Source: Candidatus Poribacteria bacterium (lineage in GTDB: Bacteria > Poribacteria > WGA-4E > WGA-3G). From it: DNA of 64,000 nucleotides. The DNA lies in the NCBI GenBank assembly GCA_964291315.2, contig OZ219753.1:2208001-2272000 (forward strand), given 5' to 3'. The notes under the pieces were generated by a model. That model had not been told where the DNA came from. It saw nothing but the letters and a program-made list of their open reading frames with translations, and searched no databases. The first letter of the stretch is position 1; every line of letters starts with the position of its first letter. A program made the translations under genes and the position numbers. Below, piece after piece: positions 39,201 through 48,358 of the stretch.

Positions 39201-39289
39201 AATTCAATATTCCGCTTTGTCCCGTCATCTTGAACGTCAATTCTGTTTTCAATTAGGATTTTTGTCTCGTAATCTTGATAAAGTGGCAT
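36269..39289 (-). CDS. res: Type III restriction enzyme Res subunit
   Basis: MATGSGKT (Walker A), DEAH, YSATF, FAEGWN, QIFGRGVRL and a C-terminal YPDF...FIDPKG nuclease motif; lies downstream of mod. Confidence 0.88.
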   Translation of the reverse strand: MPLYQDYETKILIENRIDVQDDGTKRNIELYDPDRLLQLPVEPLERIRSFLDDYHYLTRQTFKLRYYQVLALLFTECFFADRQSEGYSENSDAEAQRMLAYWMATGSGKTLVMHLNILQYFHHFCRKGNARLQIFLTTPLANLIKQHERELKPYVDKLNETYNNRIELTIDTTQGLLQKEDDYFHLPDEAEIRRLILVDEAHIGLTSQQSGKFRELRNRLNVRNSFLFEYSATFHNVAKTLKDEYDNAIIYRYDYARFYNDGYGKDHFFKPIAADIVADEPETEIKDNLDECLRVMAEKLEAFYRVQDDEGTDDDLTVHRPLMAFMGHTVENPKEEGRNDEVSDIQKVLDYLAALSERERQKFRSIFNDDIIGPLVIARNPDSNSELLLSYGDGEKWGMINVGDAISFYNSIENSRIQTRLEAIKDPNLQFENLDNETSPINVLIGSRKFAEGWNSYRLSVIDLINLGSSPGNLIIQIFGRGVRLRGKGGNGKRRYIEHQSDYRFPYQNKESDIRRLETLTVYSLRQSYLKRFLDEVHAGGVALQHVFKIQVNPTVFKIDSSTAVNFEEYRHKLPIFKQGKTAGSGIKRVTFKGRSIHYTYLEEGTEKSGTLNNWRPLTLDYRTDRTKNAPDVYEDLRQNNEKYACYLNRAKLATVIRREAQKNQLQLYSRANYEPTLVNFLLLVTEIRYKKQGQDPIAWTDRLNYRIVIDVARNLRNRINAHINRTNYVYEPLKRSDFIYAYTVTKEFPTQDELDTFLQQVENAETDALQENPYLQLQNRLRLHLPRGHRHIYEPLMLPQEEVEHKHREVKVAPDRLNAGEKKFVENLTEYIKIRYLRSERYEFYLMRNMQKIGIYLESDAGSYYPDFVLWALDTQKNITHLIFIDPKGERDIIGGSKGNYTLHPKVKLAQKSEDKTLIALEKQLAAETGRTFCLNAFLLLRDSSQLGHRESVAFVRENLLPYNILRLDWHQKKEDGSTGKLFEDQKSYLDLMFEKVGIQPDEDE

Positions 39290-39346
39290 TATTTCTCTAA
39301 ATATGTGTCAGAAGGATATGTATGCGTGTCACTCTGCTTTCACAGC

Positions 39347-42300
39347 CTACGCTTCAACAGGATCCAACACTCCACCCGGGTCAAAGTCGGATGTTGTGAT
39401 AAGACGGACCTGTCGCAGCTGCGAACCCGCAAGTAGCGTATGCTGATCTGTGTCATAGTTTATGTCTAACTCGGTCGCATCTTTTAAACGAGCATCCGCC
39501 AGAATTGCCAATAACTGAGACGTATCGTCCGCCTCGGTCACGTTGCGGAATATAACCAACTGCTTACCACTCTTCACAACCCGATAGATGCGATCGCCTA
39601 AGTCAAAACGCAGCCGCCGCTGAATAGGGAGCCCCTTTAGGTAGCAGTATGTCTCCAGCACATCTACGAAACCCTCTCTGTTCTCTTTACCGTATCTGAT
39701 GCGGTTAGAAAAGGGAGAGCGCATATCCATACTCAATCGGATCGCGTTTTCCTCGGGGCGATAGAGATATTTGACAGGCGGAGGCTTGTCATCCGTGTTT
39801 AGACGCTTAACTTGTGTAAAGTCGGGGGGGTAATTTGCTAAATTGTTAAGAACATCCTCATATTGTTCCAAGTGCTGATACTTGACAATGCCGATAGTGC
39901 CGTCTATCTCTTTACGGGGGTCGGGTCGCCCGTTCTTCCAATGCTGTGAGAACATGACCCGGTGGATTCGTTCCTTGAGAGTGGTTTCGAAGTAGTCGCC
40001 CATTTCAACGAGGATAAATTTGCGATTGCCTTTGTCAGTCTTGTTGAGGTTAAGCACAGCGTGCCCGGTTGTTCCACTGCCGGCAAAATAATCGAAGACT
40101 GTCTGATCAGCCCCCATACCACAGGCCAATAGACAGTCAGATACAAGATAAACTGATTTCGGAAAGTTGAAATTGCCATTGCCCAAGATTTCCTCTAGTG
40201 CTTTTGTTCCATAGCGGGCAGCAGCATAAGTTCCGGCACTCCACCATGTTTTTGGGACAGCGTTTTCCTGCATACGTGATTTATATTCTACCCGAATGTT
40301 GTCCACGCGTCGAACCCTATATTGGTTTCTCTCTCTTGCTACCTTTTCTTTGCCATGTCGCCACCTTTTTTCTACGCCTGCTTTAATAGGCCAAACAGCT
40401 ACTTCATCCTCATGAGGTTGTTCTAAAACATTGTAAGTTCGTCCCGCTTCATCCCAATTCATATCTGGAATTCGGATAGTATTATCTTGTTTCACGTAAA
40501 TTGGATAGAACATAGTGGGAACATCTATTCTATTGTCGCCTGGGGGGCGCCGTATTAGATTGTCCCATGTGAATCGTCCTTGTGTATCTTGGTGTGGGTA
40601 ACTATTTTTCTGCTTTTCCGTCTTCGGCAACCAACCAGGGGATGCCCCTGAATTTCCATAAAATAGGGCATATTCATGTGCAGGTGAAAAATATCCTCTT
40701 CTCGCTCGCCCCTGCGGATTTGAACGCACTGCAGCAATCCCTAACTCCTTCTCAAAAATATCCACTAAAAGGAAGCGTAACGGTGAAACCTCCACATCAT
40801 CAATAGCAACGCAAATAGTCCCTTCATTTTGTAAAAACTGTTTTGATAGCAAAAGCCTGTCATACATTAGCGATAACCAAGAAGAGTGTTTGTAGTCGTT
40901 TTTATATAGAATTGAAGAACCTTGGGTGTTGTAGGGCGGATCAATATATATACAATTTAACTTTTTTCTATATTTTTCCAGGATAAGATTTAACGCTTGA
41001 AAGTTTTCACTGTTGATTAGAAGTCCATCAAGGTGCGCCTCTACATCGTCAAAATGTGCAAGGAGTTCATCAACAAACGCCTCATCAAAATAACGGGTAT
41101 CTAACGGGAGCGTCGGATATAAACCCTCAAGCAACGGAAACTCCGCCGTCAAGTCAATACCGAACGTCTCACGCCACACAGAAAGTTGTACAGCGTTCTC
41201 CAAAACACGACCCATCAGCTCCTCACGGAAACCAGGATCCCCCGCAGTCACCTCCCAAATCTTGCCCACAGAGATCAGGTAGTCGCTAGAAACTACCTTC
41301 TTCTTCATCAGAAACAGCTGCTTCTGAAACGTCTCAACAGCAACCAACAACGCAATCACTGCATCCGTGACATCACGAAACGCCGTCGCTATCGCAAACG
41401 CCGGGTTTTCAGGACTGGGATTCAAAAGCGTGTCCAGATCACCGAGAATCGTGCTCTGGATATAACGACACTGCTCGGTTTTCAGGAAACCCTCCAAATC
41501 TTTGTGGATAAAGTAGTCCGAATCCAGACCAACAAAAAAGGCGTTCAGATTCTTGTCAAACGCATGAAATCTAAGCACCTGTGGGTGATCCTGCAGCACT
41601 GCCTGCCGCAGCCGCTTATTGCTCCCAAGCGTCCTGAACTCCAGACGATCCGCCAACTTTCCAGCGTAATCCGATAAACTCATACGCATCGCAGCGATCC
41701 CTTGCAACCTACCCTTTTGCACCTTGTCATACGTATCCGACAAGTCCCTAAAGACCGATCTCCCCTGTTCCTCGCCTCTCTTAGGACGCTCATAGAGGTA
41801 GACGCTCACATCATCAGTGTCAGAGAAGATACTCGCATTCAACGCACGATAGAGATCCGCCTTCGGCGTCGAAGCCTCTGCTAAGTGAAAAATAACGCGC
41901 CACGTCGGCTCAGCAGCGTCAGAATGTGCAGGCTCAACTCTATCAAAACGATAATGCTTGAAAGCATCAGGATTGCTATTCTGTGCGACGCTCACACTTG
42001 GCGCACCCTCTAACCTATACTCTATCCGCTGACCTTCCACCTCAAAGGCAACACTATTGAAACCCGAGGCTGTCTTCACGTAGTAGCTGCCTTGGCTCTT
42101 CCAATGGAAGAGTGTATCCGTACCACGATACTCTGCCCGGTCGGGATAATCTATTTTATAGAGTGTGGTGCTTCTCGCATTATAGCCGAAGTCCCCCTCA
42201 CGGTAGTACCCTTCAAAGAAGGTGTGGACATGATTGTAGACGCTGAAAGCGAGCTTGGATATAAGATCCACAGGCTCCGTGCGGAGCGGAGCGATCAGTT

Positions 42301-42634
42301 CGTCTTGCTGCTTATATTCGAGAAAGTCTATGAGCAGTTGAAGGTTACCGGGGACATCGCTGAGATACGCTTGCTCCTTCGCACCGCCTTGGTTTCTAAC
42401 ATATTCTTTGACGGCAACCAGCTGAGCGTCGTACAGTGCCTCTGCAGCTTCTGTGAGGGCTTCGTCTACTATCAGCGGCAGTTTTTCGTCAATGAATCGA
42501 TTAATCTCATCACGCTTGATTTTCAGGATACGGAAGATGCCGAAGTCGAGGTCGTTATGTGCGAAGTGAAACATGTCTCGGAGTTTTTCACGGAGCATCT
42601 TGAGAGCGGCGGCGGCTCGTTGTGATTCGGGCAT
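39347..42634 (-). CDS. mod: Type III R-M Mod subunit (adenine methyltransferase, long form)
   Basis: N-terminal DLDFGIFRI, then ENFQAL, IYIDPPYN, FPKS and DYFAGSGTT. Confidence 0.9.
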   Translation of the reverse strand: MPESQRAAAALKMLREKLRDMFHFAHNDLDFGIFRILKIKRDEINRFIDEKLPLIVDEALTEAAEALYDAQLVAVKEYVRNQGGAKEQAYLSDVPGNLQLLIDFLEYKQQDELIAPLRTEPVDLISKLAFSVYNHVHTFFEGYYREGDFGYNARSTTLYKIDYPDRAEYRGTDTLFHWKSQGSYYVKTASGFNSVAFEVEGQRIEYRLEGAPSVSVAQNSNPDAFKHYRFDRVEPAHSDAAEPTWRVIFHLAEASTPKADLYRALNASIFSDTDDVSVYLYERPKRGEEQGRSVFRDLSDTYDKVQKGRLQGIAAMRMSLSDYAGKLADRLEFRTLGSNKRLRQAVLQDHPQVLRFHAFDKNLNAFFVGLDSDYFIHKDLEGFLKTEQCRYIQSTILGDLDTLLNPSPENPAFAIATAFRDVTDAVIALLVAVETFQKQLFLMKKKVVSSDYLISVGKIWEVTAGDPGFREELMGRVLENAVQLSVWRETFGIDLTAEFPLLEGLYPTLPLDTRYFDEAFVDELLAHFDDVEAHLDGLLINSENFQALNLILEKYRKKLNCIYIDPPYNTQGSSILYKNDYKHSSWLSLMYDRLLLSKQFLQNEGTICVAIDDVEVSPLRFLLVDIFEKELGIAAVRSNPQGRARRGYFSPAHEYALFYGNSGASPGWLPKTEKQKNSYPHQDTQGRFTWDNLIRRPPGDNRIDVPTMFYPIYVKQDNTIRIPDMNWDEAGRTYNVLEQPHEDEVAVWPIKAGVEKRWRHGKEKVARERNQYRVRRVDNIRVEYKSRMQENAVPKTWWSAGTYAAARYGTKALEEILGNGNFNFPKSVYLVSDCLLACGMGADQTVFDYFAGSGTTGHAVLNLNKTDKGNRKFILVEMGDYFETTLKERIHRVMFSQHWKNGRPDPRKEIDGTIGIVKYQHLEQYEDVLNNLANYPPDFTQVKRLNTDDKPPPVKYLYRPEENAIRLSMDMRSPFSNRIRYGKENREGFVDVLETYCYLKGLPIQRRLRFDLGDRIYRVVKSGKQLVIFRNVTEADDTSQLLAILADARLKDATELDINYDTDQHTLLAGSQLRQVRLITTSDFDPGGVLDPVEA

Positions 42635-42668
42635 ATCTATAGGTTCCTTTCACTTGTCAAATACAGGC

Positions 42669-42698
42669 AGTTTAGCATCAATCCCTGCAAACTGTCAA
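42669..42698 (-). promoter_or_regulatory. Sigma70-like promoter for mod-res
   Basis: The minus strand reads TTGACA-18 bp-TAAACT with a TGn extension. Confidence 0.5.
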
Positions 42699-42924
42699 CA
42701 TTTTTGTTAGGCTCACGCGAGTTTGAAAAATCGTGGGTAGGTATCTTTTGTTGACGAACCTGTTGAAAACTTAAGCAGGGCTGCTATCTAAGAATGTTAA
42801 TAGAACAAATGTCAAAATAGAGCACGAAATTTTTGAGGTGAAACAGCTCTGCTATGGATCGGCAGGGCAGGATGGAAACACTGGTCACTGGTTCTGGCGC
42901 GTGAAGCGGTCAATTATTAAAAAC

Positions 42925-43815
42925 TCAGTCAGAGAATCGGACTGAAAATAAGGTGTTCTGTGAACCGTATCCGTCATTGACAAGGGCGTAGTCTAAGCCG
43001 ATATTACCGCGTTGGTAGCCGAAGCCGGCGGTAAGTCCGTGCCTAAATCGCCAGCCTAATCGAATTGCAAATTTGGCGTGCCTCGTCTTGTATTGATATT
43101 CAGCTCCAATAAGCGGTATACCGCTAGCTATGTCGACAGCTGCTAGCAACGTGTCCGATTTTCCAGTAGGCATGTTGACTCTTACGGCAGTGCCAATACG
43201 CCATTCGCGCGAGAGTGCCTCGTTATAGGTTGCGGATTCAAGTCGGTGGTACGACAAATTTGAGAACAGGTTCGGGAATACAGCTCCAAGACTAATGCGT
43301 TGGTTAATGAAACGGAGCTGAATACCCGCATCTACGCCCCATCCGTTTCCGTGTCCTAAAGGCGTTTGTTCGAGATTCACCGAGGTGCTAAAATATTTGG
43401 CATTCATACCGACGTTCAGTTTTTCCCAGATGCAAGTTGCAGCCGACAGCAGTACAATCCGTTCGTGTGAGAGTCCATGTGTATCGCTTGAGTTGAGGAT
43501 TGCTGCGCCAACGGTTTGGCTCGCTCGAATTGGATGTGCAGCGCCTACAAAACTATAACCGATTAGCCCGTATAGGTCGAGATAGCTGACACCGATTTCG
43601 GAGTTAGGTAAGCGCGCCAAACCCGCCGGGTTGCCTATCAGCGCGCTGGTATCCTGCGTTGCTGCCGAGTAGGCCCCGCCCATTCCTGCGGGGGCCGCCA
43701 TGAGCTGAATGTTCTCGAACGCCGCGCTGGCCTGTTCATTTAACAGCAAGATTAACATAAACAAGAAACACCGGTAGCGTTGAGTAGGGGAAAACAGGTA
43801 ATTCGGGTTTTTCGT
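42925..43815 (-). CDS. PorV/UPF0164-like outer-membrane beta-barrel protein
   Basis: AGMGGAYSA...GNPAGLA N-terminal motif, alternating beta-strands, GWGVDAG, GAEY and AGFG..DYA. The start is ACG 43815 (SD-supported) or TTG 43764. Confidence 0.7.
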   Translation of the reverse strand, partial: TKNPNYLFSPTQRYRCFLFMLILLLNEQASAAFENIQLMAAPAGMGGAYSAATQDTSALIGNPAGLARLPNSEIGVSYLDLYGLIGYSFVGAAHPIRASQTVGAAILNSSDTHGLSHERIVLLSAATCIWEKLNVGMNAKYFSTSVNLEQTPLGHGNGWGVDAGIQLRFINQRISLGAVFPNLFSNLSYHRLESATYNEALSREWRIGTAVRVNMPTGKSDTLLAAVDIASGIPLIGAEYQYKTRHAKFAIRLGWRFRHGLTAGFGYQRGNIGLDYALVNDGYGSQNTLFSVRFSD

Positions 43816-43927
43816 GTGTCGCCTCCTTAGGACTCAATAGCCGGAGCACAACCGTGCCAACGGCTCCTACAAATAGGATAGCATATTTGATACATTTGCG
43901 ACTTGGAATAAACTGCTCTTTTTTGAT

Positions 43928-43957
43928 TTGACGTAATACTATTGTAGATGGTATACT
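43928..43957 (+). promoter_or_regulatory. Sigma70-like promoter for the 44148-47436 operon
   Basis: TTGACG-18 bp-TATACT with a TGn extension. Confidence 0.55.
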
Positions 43958-44147
43958 ATAGAGGTTAGCATGTATTCAATAGAAAACGTCAACGGCTGTC
44001 TACTGCTTGCAATTACCCATCTCTGGGGATTTTGGCGTGAGAATTGTCCTATTTCATGAAAAAGCTCACACTTGCGGGAGAAAAAATGGACAGCATAGAA
44101 TTTACTTACCTATATCGTTTAACGATAGCAATTCTTAAGGAGGAACA

Positions 44148-44948
44148 ATGACAGATTTGTTTAAAAGTGTAGGAGTAATGTACGCGAGTCTCATGGCAGT
44201 CTTTTTGCTGATAGTGCTGCCCGCCCTTGCAGACATTGATTCCAAGAATATCATGGGAATGTGGCTCTTTGACGAAGGGAAAGGCGGAGTCGCCACGGAC
44301 TCATCAGAACAAGAAAATGATGGCGACATCCACGGCGCAAAGTGGGTAGATGGGAAATTTGGCAAAGCCTTGGAATTTGACGGGGTTGGCAATTGGGTTG
44401 AGGTGCCGCACTCACAGAGCGTTGGGTTTAAAGCAGGCGTGTCATTCACAATTACCCTTCATTTCAAAGGTACGAAGGTCGGTGGATCGCTCGTCGGAAA
44501 GAACTATGAAGATACATCGCAAGCACTTCCGTGGTACCTACTTTGGGACAACGGGTCGGATAACAAAGTAACGCTCTATCTACGCGACAGTGCAGCAACT
44601 AGTTTCCGAGCAGACGGCACAACCGTTATCGGCGACGACAAATGGCACTTCATCGCCGGTCGCGCGGATGCCGACACAAGTAAGGTTTCCATATGGATAG
44701 ACGGCAAAATGGAAGCCGAAGTAGATTTTAATGAAAAAGAAGGGTACGGTACCAGTGAAGGGGTGTTTCATATCGGACGGCACTACGACCGGTTTACGGC
44801 TGGCATCATTGATGATGTTGCTCTCTTTAACGTGGCTTTAGAAGAAGAAGATATGGACGCAATTATGAACAATGGCGTTGAAACCGCTGCCGCAGTTGAC
44901 CCTATACGTAAATTGACGACGACGTGGAGCAGAATCAAACGCCAATAG
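44148..44948 (+). CDS. Secreted LamG/concanavalin-A-like domain protein with C-terminal AVDP..KLTTTWS.IK motif
   Basis: SD AAGGAGG, signal peptide, and WLFDEG, GKFGKALEFDG, KWHFIA and GIIDDVALFNVAL motifs. Confidence 0.88.
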   Translation: MTDLFKSVGVMYASLMAVFLLIVLPALADIDSKNIMGMWLFDEGKGGVATDSSEQENDGDIHGAKWVDGKFGKALEFDGVGNWVEVPHSQSVGFKAGVSFTITLHFKGTKVGGSLVGKNYEDTSQALPWYLLWDNGSDNKVTLYLRDSAATSFRADGTTVIGDDKWHFIAGRADADTSKVSIWIDGKMEAEVDFNEKEGYGTSEGVFHIGRHYDRFTAGIIDDVALFNVALEEEDMDAIMNNGVETAAAVDPIRKLTTTWSRIKRQ

Positions 44949-44958
44949 CGGGGAAATC

Positions 44959-46068
44959 ATGAAACGGATACAGGCAGGGCTAGCCTTAGCACTTCTGCTA
45001 TTTGCAGGACTCAATTGCGGAACAGAAAGCCCTATTGAGGAAAAAGGAGACGTTGTCGGGATCGAAACCCAGACAGGCATGTTGCAAGGAGAGATACAAC
45101 CCATTGAAGGTATCCTGATTCAGGTCCGCTTACTCAGAAACGGACAACTCTTAACGCAGCTCGAGACACAAGCAACTTATGAACTTGAGGGTGTCGAAGC
45201 CGGAAGTTACACCCTCCGGATATCAGCCAAGGGCTATGAAACCAGAGATATCCGTGTCACAGTCGTTGCCGGACAAAGTGTTTCCGTGGATAAAGTGACG
45301 CTTGCAGCGTTAGAATCTCCACTCTCACATCTACGGGGAAGACTAACCGATGTGACGAGCAGTGCCCCAATTTCGGAAGTTCATCTCCAGCTTATCGATA
45401 AAATGGGCAAAGTCTACGAGGCATTAACAACAGAAGCAGGCGTGTTCGCCTTTGAAAACCTCCCGGTAGGGCAAGGCTTCACCTTGAAAATCGAACATGA
45501 GGATTATGAGCGTACCGAGGTGGCGGTGCAACCGATACCTGAAGCCGAGACGTTGGCGATCGATCTGAAACTGATCCCGCTGCCGGCAGTGGAGGCATTG
45601 GCCCCAGGTCAAGGCTTGAACATTGGCAGCCGGGCCCCTGATTTTGAACTGTCCGATGGTAACGGCGAAGGGCATAAACTTGCTAATTACATCGGGAAAG
45701 AAAACGTGGTTATCGTCTTCTTTCGCGGTGTCTGGTGACCCTTTTGTAGAGGACAACTCGTTGAGTTGCAAAAGAACTATTTAGCAATCAAAGCCGCCGG
45801 TGCAGATCTTATCGCGATTAGTTCTGATGGTGAACCCGCGACGCAACAGAACGTCCAAAACCAAGGACTTACATTTGTTGTGTTGGCAGATCCGGATGTG
45901 ACAACTATTGCCGATTACAATGTTGTTGATCCAGCCAATAAGCGGATCGCGCGTCCCGCGTCTTATGTTCTGAAGAAAGACGGAACAATCGCTTGGAAAT
46001 CCCTTGAGGGTGTGGCGATGCGGACGCCGACGGCACAAATTCTCACAGAATTAGGTAAGCTTCAATGA
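44959..46068 (+). CDS. Selenocysteine-containing peroxiredoxin-like (AhpC/TSA) lipoprotein with carboxypeptidase-regulatory-like Ig domains; Sec at TGA 45736-45738
   Basis: The track ORFs 44959-45738 and 45766-46068 are in the same frame. Read-through gives APDFEL...VFFRGVW-U-PFCRGQLVEL...LIAISSD...ARPASYVL (UxxC). Lipobox GLNC and a hairpin at 45741-45774. Confidence 0.9.
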
Positions 46069-47191
46069 AATCTCACGATTCAGTCACAGCAAGCATCATT
46101 GCTGATAGCCAAGAGGCGGAACACGACCGAGATAAACTTAGCCGACGACAGTTTTTAAATCGACTGGTTTCCGTGGGGTTGGAGGCATCGGTGGTAGTCT
46201 CACCACGTTTCCCGCACTTGCTCAGACGCGTAGTGGACAATTACAACCTGAAAACACACAAACAGTCCCGCTGACACCGGTTGTTGAGGCTGTCGGTAAA
46301 GAGGTTTGGGAGGACGACCAGCTCAATGAAGGCGCGGTTAGTGAACTGCTCGATCAGGCGATGATGAAACTCACTGGCCGCTCCTCTGCTAAAGAGGCGT
46401 GGCGAGATATTGTTCTCCCTGACGATATTGTGGGCATAAAAATCAATCCACTCGGCGGGCCTGACCTCAGGACGCATCCTATCATTGTTGACAAAATCGT
46501 TGAAGGGTTATATGGTGCTGGTGTCCTCAACAAACAGGTTATTATTTGGGATCGGTTTGAAAAACACCTCTTGAACGCTGGTTACCCGATTAAGCAAGAC
46601 GCTAGTGAGGTCCGAACTGTTGCTTCCGACACAGAAGGTATCGGGTATGACAACGAGGTGTTTTACGAAAGTGAAAAGGATAGCATCACCCGGCGAGAAA
46701 ATGGAAGTACCTTCTCCCGGTATTCTCGGATCGTCACACAGATGGTAGATGTGCTGATTAATGTTCCCGTCCTGAAACACCATGCAATGGCAGGAGTGAG
46801 CGGATGTTTAAAGAATTTAGCATTCGGTAGTGTCGATAATACGCGCAGGTTCCATGGAAAACCGCTCTATTGTAATCCGGCGATCGGTGAGATTTTGGAA
46901 CATAAGGTGTTGAAACAGAAATTGGTTCTGAATATTGTCGACGGCTTGCTCGCCTCATTCGACAAAGGGCCGACATATCATGCCGAAAGCACATGGCAAT
47001 ATGGCAGTCTCTTTGTGAGCGCCGATCCGGTTATCCTTGATGTGCTAGTGCTTCAGACCGTTAACCAGAAGCGCGAGGAGATGGACTTAGATTCCGTGTC
47101 TAAGTTCTCCAACCATATCAGCAACGCTAGTGCGCTAGGTTTAGGAACAAATACTCTGGATCAAGCGGATCTTCAGAGAATTGAGGTTTAA
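46065..47191 (+). pseudogene. Tat-exported DUF362-family protein interrupted by a 1-nt frameshift at G4 (46175-46178)
   Basis: One frame gives SRRQFL..LVSVG. The other continues VGGIGGSLTTFPALA-Q... into the DUF362 motifs VGIKIN and INVPVLKHH..GVSGCLKN. Adding one G restores a single ORF. Confidence 0.75.
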
Positions 47192-47193
47192 CA

Positions 47194-47436
47194 ATGAAAT
47201 GCAGATGGGGCCGTCTATTTTCCATTTTGATTTTCTTTGGCGTTGTGATGATGTTTTCAGGGTGCACTGTGTCCTTCACCCAGAACGACACGCTCCACCT
47301 GGGCATATCAGAACCGACAGAGAAAGTGATGTCCATCGTTGCCGAGTTTGAAGCCAGCGAGACGGATAGCGTAGCGGGTGACGTAACGCAAAAGTCGGGT
47401 AGCGTCTGTGCCGGAGGGGCATGTATTATCTATTAG
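47194..47436 (+). CDS. Small lipoprotein with a C-terminal CAGGAC motif
   Basis: SD GAGG, signal peptide with FSGC lipobox, and C-terminus SVCAGGACIIY. Confidence 0.65.
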   Translation: MKCRWGRLFSILIFFGVVMMFSGCTVSFTQNDTLHLGISEPTEKVMSIVAEFEASETDSVAGDVTQKSGSVCAGGACIIY

Positions 47437-47644
47437 CAGGTTTCTGGCCGCCCTGTAGCACTCCCCCCAAATTTGAATAAACGTCGTAAACCCCACTACT
47501 TATTCCATCCAATAGCCATCAGTCAAATAAAAATAGAGCGTGTAACGGATGTGAGAAACAGAGCTGTTACAAAATACCAACTGACGACTTTAAATCACAA
47601 CACAAACGGCGGTTTGATGAAGGGTCTGTGGTATGAGAAAGCTA

Positions 47645-48229
47645 TTAATCCAACTTGATTTTGCCCCAAGTTGTCGTTAAATTCGCAGTCGGATCCACCG
47701 GAAGTACACCTTCCTCAACGAAGATAGTCCACATAATGACAGGGTCTCCGATAACCTCGTCAATACCGAGTAGTTCCACTTTTCCGTCATAGGGTTCATT
47801 AGATTTATAGATGAAATACTCGGTCGGATCATGCGGTGCATCAAGCATCAGTATTTCGCCTGTATCGGTGTAAGCTTTTGTAAACCACCCCTTCGGATCT
47901 TGTCTGCGCTCTTCTGGACGTTTATGCCGGCTATCCCAGGCAGTATAGACATGAGCCGGTCGGTCAATGTTAAACGTCAACTTATAGTCTTGTCCACCCG
48001 GGCAGTCCGCTGACGTAGAAACTTGTGTTAATCCTAGAAACTCTTTCGGGATATGCGTAATCGTATAGTCCCGATCGTGGAAAAATTTACCGCCTTCTTC
48101 CAACTCGACGGCTTCATAGGTACCGCCCTTATTGTCCTCTATCTCCGTTACCACCACCTGGTCCGCAGACAGTGTCAATGAAGTCGCGATGAGTAGGGCA
48201 GCTATATATACAGATACGTTCGGTTTCAT
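47645..48229 (-). CDS. Secreted hypothetical protein with C-terminal VDP..NLTTTWGKIK motif
   Basis: SD AAGGAG, signal peptide, and the C-terminal motif shared with 44148 and 62510. Confidence 0.8.
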   Translation of the reverse strand: MKPNVSVYIAALLIATSLTLSADQVVVTEIEDNKGGTYEAVELEEGGKFFHDRDYTITHIPKEFLGLTQVSTSADCPGGQDYKLTFNIDRPAHVYTAWDSRHKRPEERRQDPKGWFTKAYTDTGEILMLDAPHDPTEYFIYKSNEPYDGKVELLGIDEVIGDPVIMWTIFVEEGVLPVDPTANLTTTWGKIKLD

Positions 48230-48358
48230 CTTTGATACTCCTTATTAAAAACCTCATGGAAAACTTGAAAAAAAACACCATTTGTGTCATACTTATGATT
48301 ATATAACAAATTTTTAAATTTTGAAAAACAAATTTCCGATGTAGAGAAGGAAACCACA

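Noticed and set aside
39347-42634. Phase-variable mod (phasevarion)
   Set aside because: No simple-sequence repeat tract was seen in the gene or its promoter.
46272-46274. Third selenocysteine codon at the end of the 69-aa ORF
   Set aside because: The downstream DUF362 ORF is in a different frame, and a frameshift at 46175-46178 explains the break.
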